From Pseudidiomarina andamanensis (GTDB lineage: Bacteria > Pseudomonadota > Gammaproteobacteria > Enterobacterales > Alteromonadaceae): a stretch of DNA of 32,000 nucleotides. Of the stretch, positions 26,622-32,000 are shown one piece after another. The first letter of the stretch is position 1. Each line of letters begins with the position of its first letter. The position numbers and the translations under genes are program-made. The DNA is taken from the NCBI RefSeq assembly GCF_009734345.1, contig NZ_CP032551.1, positions 1,110,001 to 1,142,000 on the forward strand. The letters are read 5' to 3'. The notes under the pieces were generated by a model, which did not search any database, had not been told where the DNA came from, and was given only the letters and a program-made list of their open reading frames with translations.

Positions 26622-28445
26622 TTACTGTGCGCGACGAGCGCGACGTTCACCAGAATTGCCGCGACCGCCTTTATCACCACGACGTTGCGCACCTTTAAAC
26701 GGTGGGCGCTCGCCAGTTGGTGGGCGTGGACGACGAGTAATTTGCTCACCTGGAGCTAATTCGAGACCCATCTGCTGTTGGCGCACACGCGCACGTTGTA
26801 ATACGCGCACAACAGCTGTCGGCATGCCTTTTGGTAGCTCAACCAAGCTATGACCGTCAAATAACTGAATTTGACCGATAAAACGGCTATCCATATCAGC
26901 TTCATTTGCAATAGCACCAACGATATCTTGTGGACGAGCACCGTGTTCACGACCAACTTGAATGCGATAAGTGTCAAATTCAACGTTCGCATCACGACGA
27001 TCTCGAGAGCTGCGTTTTTCGCGACCATCACGACTATCGCGGCTATCACGAGCATCGCGTTTACCGCGACGTTCGGTGCGCTCTTCAAATTTACGAGGCG
27101 CCGGATCATCAGCAACAATCAACGGACGCTGTGAGTTTTGCTGAGCTAACAAAGCTGCTGCAATTTGCTCTGCTGACAAACCAGTATCAGCTTGCATTTT
27201 CGCAATGATTTCGTTCAATTCGTTAAATTGACCACCAGCAGCCGTCGTTACAATTTGCTCTTGCAACTTCTGTTGGCGATGCGCACTCAATTCTTTCGCA
27301 TTTGGTACTTCAAAATACTCGATAGTACCGTTGGTTAAACGCTCATATGTGCGAAGCAAATGTTTTTCTTTGTTGCGATAGAACAAAATAGCTTCACCAC
27401 TACGTCCGGCACGACCTGTACGACCGATTCGGTGAACATAAGATTCACTATCGCCGGGTAAATCATAATTCACAACGTGCGTGATTTCTGGCACATCAAG
27501 ACCACGAGCGACAACATCGGTTGCGACTAAGATTTCGATACGACCGCTACGCAACTGCGCAACAGTTTGCTCGCGCTGCGCTTGGTTCAAGTCACCACTT
27601 AATGGTGATGCTTTAAATCCTGATGCTTGCAACTGCTCAGTAACATCCATGGTGTCTGAACGTGTACGTACGAAAATCAACACGCGCTGATATTCCAAGG
27701 TTTCTAACAAGCGCGTCAACGCTTGCATTTTACTCAAGCCACGCACTAACCATGCGCGTTGGCGAATGGTCGCCTTCGCTTTTTCAATAGCAGCGATTTG
27801 AATATTTAATGGTTGCTCACCAGCTTCGGTAACAAGGAAAGTCTTCGCTAACTTACGAATTGCCGGCGGCATTGTCGCTGAGAATAATGCACGTTGTGAA
27901 GTGTTCGGTACCGCACCCATGATGGTTTCGATATCGTCAATGAAACCCATGTTCAGCATTTCATCCGCTTCATCTAATACAGCTAAACGAAGCGAGCTTA
28001 AGTTCAACACGCCTTTGTTCAATAAATCGAGTAATCGACCTGGCGTACCAACAACAACATGAGCGCCACCACGTAAGGCTTTAATTTGTGGACCAAAAGC
28101 TGCACCACCATAAACTGTAGCAACCTCAAGACCACGCATTTGCTGACCGAATTCAGCCACGGCTTCAGCGACTTGAATCGCAAGTTCGCGCGTTGGTGCT
28201 ACCACCAACATTTGGGTTGCTCGTTCTTTGGTATCGATTGCAGATAAACCTGGTAAACCAAATGCAGCTGTCTTACCGGTACCGGTTTGCGCTTCGCCAA
28301 GCACGTTCTTGCCTTCAATCAAGGCAGGAATTGCTTGCAACTGAATTGGTGTAGGTTGGGTGAAATTCATTTTTTCTAGCTGTTTAAGCACAACAGCAGG
28401 CAGGGCCAAATCGGCAAACGATTGGCCAGTCATTACTTCAGACAT
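26622..28445 (-). CDS. deaD: Cold-shock DEAD-box RNA helicase DeaD/CsdA
   Basis: 607 aa. The Q-motif region (FADLALP...PTPIQ), AQTGTGKT, PTRELA, DEAD, SAT, HRIGRTGRAG, then an Arg/Asp/Ser-rich linker, the DbpA-like RNA-binding domain (YRIQVGREHGARPQDIVGAIANE) and an RG-rich tail. Confidence 0.95.
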   Translation of the reverse strand: MSEVMTGQSFADLALPAVVLKQLEKMNFTQPTPIQLQAIPALIEGKNVLGEAQTGTGKTAAFGLPGLSAIDTKERATQMLVVAPTRELAIQVAEAVAEFGQQMRGLEVATVYGGAAFGPQIKALRGGAHVVVGTPGRLLDLLNKGVLNLSSLRLAVLDEADEMLNMGFIDDIETIMGAVPNTSQRALFSATMPPAIRKLAKTFLVTEAGEQPLNIQIAAIEKAKATIRQRAWLVRGLSKMQALTRLLETLEYQRVLIFVRTRSDTMDVTEQLQASGFKASPLSGDLNQAQREQTVAQLRSGRIEILVATDVVARGLDVPEITHVVNYDLPGDSESYVHRIGRTGRAGRSGEAILFYRNKEKHLLRTYERLTNGTIEYFEVPNAKELSAHRQQKLQEQIVTTAAGGQFNELNEIIAKMQADTGLSAEQIAAALLAQQNSQRPLIVADDPAPRKFEERTERRGKRDARDSRDSRDGREKRSSRDRRDANVEFDTYRIQVGREHGARPQDIVGAIANEADMDSRFIGQIQLFDGHSLVELPKGMPTAVVRVLQRARVRQQQMGLELAPGEQITRRPRPPTGERPPFKGAQRRGDKGGRGNSGERRARRAQ

Positions 28446-28704
28446 ATTTTTCTCACATGTTTCTGTATTGCATATATAAGGGGGATATACGCCCAGCTAC
28501 AGAACACGATGAACACTCTGGCAGGAAATTAGGCGCTGTTTACCCCAGCATATTCAGGGGTAAGTCCGCTCCCATCAATAGCGGTAATGACCCTGAGGCG
28601 GCGAACTATACGCTAATTGTTAAATAAATACAAGATAAACTAGCATTGAAGTTCTGACGTATTACCCTAATACTGAGTTATACATTCAATAATTGGGAGT
28701 AGTC

Positions 28705-30162
28705 ATGTCAACACATACCATGCGTTCACTCGTCCAAACCAATGCATTTATAGATGGTCATTGGATTCCAACCGATAAACGCTTCGTGGTGACCAACCCA
28801 GCCACTGGTGAAACACTTGCTGAGGTAGCTGACGGTGATGCAGCGATGGCTGAGCGAGCAGTCGAGGCCGCGCATAAAGCGCTGAGTCACTGGCGTGAGA
28901 AAACACCGAAGCAGCGAGCTGATTTGTTACGCCGCTGGTATCAGAGCATGCTCGATAACAAGCAAGCGCTTGGCGAACTCATGAGTGCTGAGCAGGGCAA
29001 ACCAATTGCCGAAGCCATTGGAGAAATTGAATATGGCGCCAGCTTTGTTGATTGGTTCGCCGGTGAAGCAGAACGTTGTTATGGTGATATTTTACCGACT
29101 GTTTCGAACGATAAACGAAGCTGGATTATCAAACAACCTGTTGGTGTATGCGCGGCAATCACGCCGTGGAACTTCCCCAATGCCATGATTACCCGCAAGG
29201 TTGCCCCTGCCCTTGCGGCTGGCTGTACCATTGTGGTGAAGCCGCCACAACTCACACCACTCTCGGCGCTAGCACTAGCGCAGCTTGCCAGCGAAGTGGG
29301 CATTCCTGATGGCGTGATTAATTTTGTGCCGACAACGCAAGCAAAGGAAGTTGGTGAAGTTTTCACCCAACATCCTCGTGTCAAAAAATTCACCTTCACC
29401 GGTTCTACCTCAGTTGGAAAAGCGCTGATGGAACAATGCGCGCAAACCATGAAGAAGGTATCTCTTGAATTAGGCGGCAACGCGCCATTTATTGTCTTTG
29501 ATGATGCCGATATTGAGGTTGCTGTGCGCGAGTTGATTGCGTGTAAATTCCGAAATGCAGGTCAAACGTGTATCAGCGCCAACCGAGTCTTAGTGCAAGA
29601 GTCTGTACATGATGCATTCGTTGAAGAACTCGAGAAATCATTGGCAACGATCAAAGTTGCTCCTGGTGATGCCGATGAAGTGGACTATGGCCCCCTCATT
29701 AACAAAGATGCGATAGACAAAGTCGAAGAACTGCTCAAAGATGCGCAGCAACACGGCGCTAAGCTTGTCACGGGTGGAAAAGTATTAACAGAGCTCGGTG
29801 AATTATTCTACGCTCCTACGTTACTTACTGAGGTAACTCAGGCTATGCGGATTGCGCAGGAAGAAATATTTGGACCTGTCATTGCGGTGCAAACATTTAC
29901 CGATGAGGCGCAAGGTATATCACGCGCCAATGACACACCATTCGGTTTGGCAGGCTATTTCTGCGCGCAAGACTATACACGTATTCAACGAGTCAGCGAG
30001 CAGCTCGAATGTGGCATGCTTGGGATTAATGCCGGGGCCATTTCTCACGCTTACAACGCATTTGGCGGCGTAAAAGAATCAGGTATCGGTCGTGAAGGAT
30101 CACGTTACGGTTTGGCTGAGTATCAAGAAACTAAAAATATCACACTAGGCGGCTTTGCATGA
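28705..30162 (+). CDS. gabD: NAD(P)-dependent succinate-semialdehyde dehydrogenase
   Basis: Contains FIDGHW, TPWNFP, VVKP, FTGST.VGK, ELGGNAP, RN.GQTCISANR, EEIFGPV and PFGLA.Y. The start is set at ATG 28705 (GGGAG SD at 28695-28699), not the track TTG at 28693. Confidence 0.85.
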   Translation: MSTHTMRSLVQTNAFIDGHWIPTDKRFVVTNPATGETLAEVADGDAAMAERAVEAAHKALSHWREKTPKQRADLLRRWYQSMLDNKQALGELMSAEQGKPIAEAIGEIEYGASFVDWFAGEAERCYGDILPTVSNDKRSWIIKQPVGVCAAITPWNFPNAMITRKVAPALAAGCTIVVKPPQLTPLSALALAQLASEVGIPDGVINFVPTTQAKEVGEVFTQHPRVKKFTFTGSTSVGKALMEQCAQTMKKVSLELGGNAPFIVFDDADIEVAVRELIACKFRNAGQTCISANRVLVQESVHDAFVEELEKSLATIKVAPGDADEVDYGPLINKDAIDKVEELLKDAQQHGAKLVTGGKVLTELGELFYAPTLLTEVTQAMRIAQEEIFGPVIAVQTFTDEAQGISRANDTPFGLAGYFCAQDYTRIQRVSEQLECGMLGINAGAISHAYNAFGGVKESGIGREGSRYGLAEYQETKNITLGGFA

Positions 30163-31532
30163 AACAACAACTCGAACAACGCTTACAACGGTTGCGAACA
30201 ACCTACAATAGCGGCTTAACTCGTCCTGTCGCCTGGCGCAAGCAACAACTACAGCAATTGCAGCAAATGCTTGATGATCACGAAAGCGAGCTGCTTCAAG
30301 CTCTACAACAAGACTTGGGTAAATCATCCGCTGAAGGTTGGCTCACTGAACTCGGTTTTCTGAAAAGCGATATCAAACATACCCTGCACCATTTGAACAA
30401 GTGGATGAAACCTCAACGCGTTCGACAACCAATGTTAGCGTGGCCAGGGAAGAGTTATCTGCATCCAGAACCTTTGGGAGTGGTACTGATTATTGGGGCT
30501 TGGAACTATCCGTTACAATTATTACTAAGCCCTCTTATAGCAGCGCTTGCCGCAGGGAATTGTGCAATTGTGAAACCATCCGAGTTATCGCCGAAAACGG
30601 CAGAACTTATTGAGCGATTGCTACCCGATTATTTAGCAGCCGAAGCCGTTCAAGTTGTAACCGGCGGTGCCGACGTAGCTTCCGAATTACTTCAACACCG
30701 ATTTGATCACATCATGTACACCGGCGGTGGTCGCGTGGGTAAGATTGTGATGCGCGCTGCTGCAGAGCATCTAACACCTGTCACCCTAGAGCTTGGCGGT
30801 AAAAGTCCTGCTGTGGTATTGGCTGATGCCAATATCGCCGTTGCAGCCCGACGCATCGCGTGGGGAAAGTGGATAAATGCCGGACAAACCTGCATTGCGC
30901 CTGATTATGTTTTAGTAGATGAATCGAAACATGATGAATTCATTGCAGCCCTGAAACAATCTTGTGAGGATTTCTTTGGCGAAGATCCGCAGCATGCGAA
31001 TGATTATGGTCGAATCGTGAATCGCCAACATTTTGATCGACTGAAAACGTACCTCGGTGATGGCCAAATTGCATTTGGGGGCGAATTTGATGGCGACGAC
31101 CGCTACATTCAACCTACCGTCTTGTGTCATGTTGAGCCTGCAAGTAGCGTCATGCAAGAAGAAATCTTCGGTCCTATTCTACCAGTTTTAAAAGTTAAGA
31201 ATTTGGCTGAAGCCATCAATTTCATTCAAGAACGAGACAAGCCACTAGCTCTCTATGGTTTTAGCAATTCAGCGCGCCAGCTCCAGCACCTTACTGAACA
31301 AACTCACGCCGGTAATCAGTGCAACAATGACACGTTGATGTTTATGCTTAATCCTGAACTGCCATTTGGTGGTGTCGGCCCAAGTGGCATGGGCCGCTAT
31401 CACGGGAAATTTGGTTTTGATACGTTTAGCCATACGAAATCGGTCATGACTAGGCCATTTGCTGTTGACCCCAACTTTAGGTACCCACCGTACACTTCAT
31501 TTAAACAAAAACTGCTGCGTTGGTTCTCGTAA
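30159..31532 (+). CDS. Class-3 (fatty/aromatic) aldehyde dehydrogenase family protein
   Basis: 457 aa. GAWNYP, VKPSE, YTGG..VGK, ELGGKSP, GQTCIAPDY, EEIFGPILP and PFGGVG.SGMG.YHGK.GFD.FSH, the ALDH3-type architecture. 4-nt ATGA overlap with gabD. Confidence 0.85.
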   Translation: MKQQLEQRLQRLRTTYNSGLTRPVAWRKQQLQQLQQMLDDHESELLQALQQDLGKSSAEGWLTELGFLKSDIKHTLHHLNKWMKPQRVRQPMLAWPGKSYLHPEPLGVVLIIGAWNYPLQLLLSPLIAALAAGNCAIVKPSELSPKTAELIERLLPDYLAAEAVQVVTGGADVASELLQHRFDHIMYTGGGRVGKIVMRAAAEHLTPVTLELGGKSPAVVLADANIAVAARRIAWGKWINAGQTCIAPDYVLVDESKHDEFIAALKQSCEDFFGEDPQHANDYGRIVNRQHFDRLKTYLGDGQIAFGGEFDGDDRYIQPTVLCHVEPASSVMQEEIFGPILPVLKVKNLAEAINFIQERDKPLALYGFSNSARQLQHLTEQTHAGNQCNNDTLMFMLNPELPFGGVGPSGMGRYHGKFGFDTFSHTKSVMTRPFAVDPNFRYPPYTSFKQKLLRWFS

Positions 31533-31541
31533 CTGAGCTGT

Positions 31542-31582
31542 GACCAGACCAAAACCGCATATTTTTAGCCGTTGGTCTGGTC
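31542..31582 (+). other. Long stem-loop after the aldehyde dehydrogenase gene (gaccagaccaa - 19 nt - ttggtctggtc)
   Basis: An 11-bp perfect stem 10 nt after the stop. No U-run follows, so it may be a terminator or an RNA-stability element. Confidence 0.35.
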
Positions 31583-31597
31583 TGCTTGCCGGCGATG

Positions 31598-31631
31598 AGC
31601 GCATGCGCTAGGATTGGGCGGTTTGCAAACC
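31598..31631. promoter_or_regulatory. Two perfect 12-bp palindromes (AGCGCATGCGCT and GGTTTGCAAACC) upstream of the Na+ symporter gene
   Basis: Read directly at 31598-31609 and 31620-31631. The second ends 2 nt before a consensus TATAAT (31634-31639), i.e. in the spacer/-35 position of a putative promoter 24 nt upstream of ATG 31663. Confidence 0.35.
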
Positions 31632-31662
31632 ATTATAATAACGAAAAGCAAGGGTTCTCGCT

Positions 31663-32000
31663 ATGAGCGCATCTCGTGAGCATTTCAGCTCAAAAATTGG
31701 TTTTATTCTTGCCGCGGCAGGCTCTGCCGTGGGGATTGGTAATCTCGTTGGTTTCCCTGTTGCTGCGACCAAAAATGGTGGTGGCGCATTTTTATTAATT
31801 TACGCTTTTTTTGTGGCCTTTATCTGTTTGCCAGTTATGCTTGCCGAAATGGGCTTAGGACGTAGAGCCCAGCACAGCCCCTATAAAGCCTATTCAGAAC
31901 TTGGACAAGGTTTAAAACGTTGGCGTCTAGCTGGTTTATTAGCGACCATAACGCCATTTATGATCGCTGTTTTCTACATGGTCATCACCGTATGGATCTT
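31663..32000 (+). CDS. Sodium-dependent transporter, neurotransmitter:sodium symporter (SNF/NSS) family, N-terminal fragment
   Basis: Absent from the ORF track because it runs off the right edge. From ATG 31663 it reads MSASREHFSSKIGFILAAAGSAVGIGNLVGFPVAATKNGGGAFLLIYAFFVAFICLPVMLAEMGLGRR... with no stop to the window end. F.S..GFILAAAGSAVG.GN and NGGGAFL..Y are the NSS TM1 signature. Confidence 0.85.
   Translation, partial: MSASREHFSSKIGFILAAAGSAVGIGNLVGFPVAATKNGGGAFLLIYAFFVAFICLPVMLAEMGLGRRAQHSPYKAYSELGQGLKRWRLAGLLATITPFMIAVFYMVITVWI

Noticed and set aside
26756-27208. Cluster of overlapping 87-120-aa ORFs in three frames on both strands
   Set aside because: They are an artefact of the Arg/Asp/Ser codon repeats of the deaD C-terminal linker. 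The deaD frame carries the continuous helicase and DbpA-domain signatures.
28655-28661. TGACGTA, matching the first 7 nt of the cspA-type cold-box, in the deaD upstream region
   Set aside because: It is on the + strand, the wrong strand for the deaD mRNA. Only 7 of 11 positions match, and a 7-mer is expected by chance.
1-32000. Scan for CRISPR repeats, tRNA/rRNA/tmRNA, IS elements, integrases, toxin-antitoxin pairs, defence-island genes and window-scale repeated intergenic elements
   Set aside because: None was found. All intergenic gaps are 259 bp or shorter, no spaced direct-repeat arrays or tRNA-like T-arm sequences were seen, the hairpins do not share sequence (no REP-type family), and every ORF over 140 aa in a primary frame has a housekeeping assignment except the 246-aa DxD protein.

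Overview
This window reads as a densely packed, syntenic core-genome stretch from a marine gammaproteobacterium. The Alteromonadales/Vibrionales-like placement is inferred from gene order and protein sequences only. I support 31 protein-coding genes, two of them truncated at the window edges, and nearly all have recognisable housekeeping functions. In order they are: acyl-CoA dehydrogenase (partial), gspB/gspA (exeBA), cca, uppP, folK, folB, plsY, tsaD, pilU, pilT, yggS, proC, yggT, a DUF4426-like gene, nhaP2/cvrA, rdgB, hemW, trmB, an OmpA-family porin, mutY, yggX, proB, proA, a waaA-kdkA fusion, a small putative glycosyltransferase, an FeS-type cryptochrome/photolyase, blc, deaD, gabD, a class-3 aldehyde dehydrogenase, and a partial SNF-family Na+ symporter. 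Many neighbours are translationally coupled by 1- or 4-nt overlaps. I saw no rRNA, tRNA, CRISPR array, IS/transposase, integrase, phage gene or defence-type gene. I could not find a convincing previously undescribed multi-gene system; this looks like an ordinary region. The best leads are single-gene or regulatory oddities. (1) Kdo transferase WaaA and Kdo kinase KdkA are fused in frame, with an internal SD+ATG at the joint. (2) An unassigned DxD protein heads that LPS operon. (3) The CCA-adding enzyme appears to have lost its HD phosphohydrolase motif. (4) The FeS-photolyase/lipocalin pair has a perfect palindrome just upstream. (5) Two translationally coupled aldehyde dehydrogenases are followed by a Na+ symporter whose upstream region carries two perfect 12-bp palindromes. 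All functional calls come from reading the translated ORFs against remembered family signatures. No database search was run.
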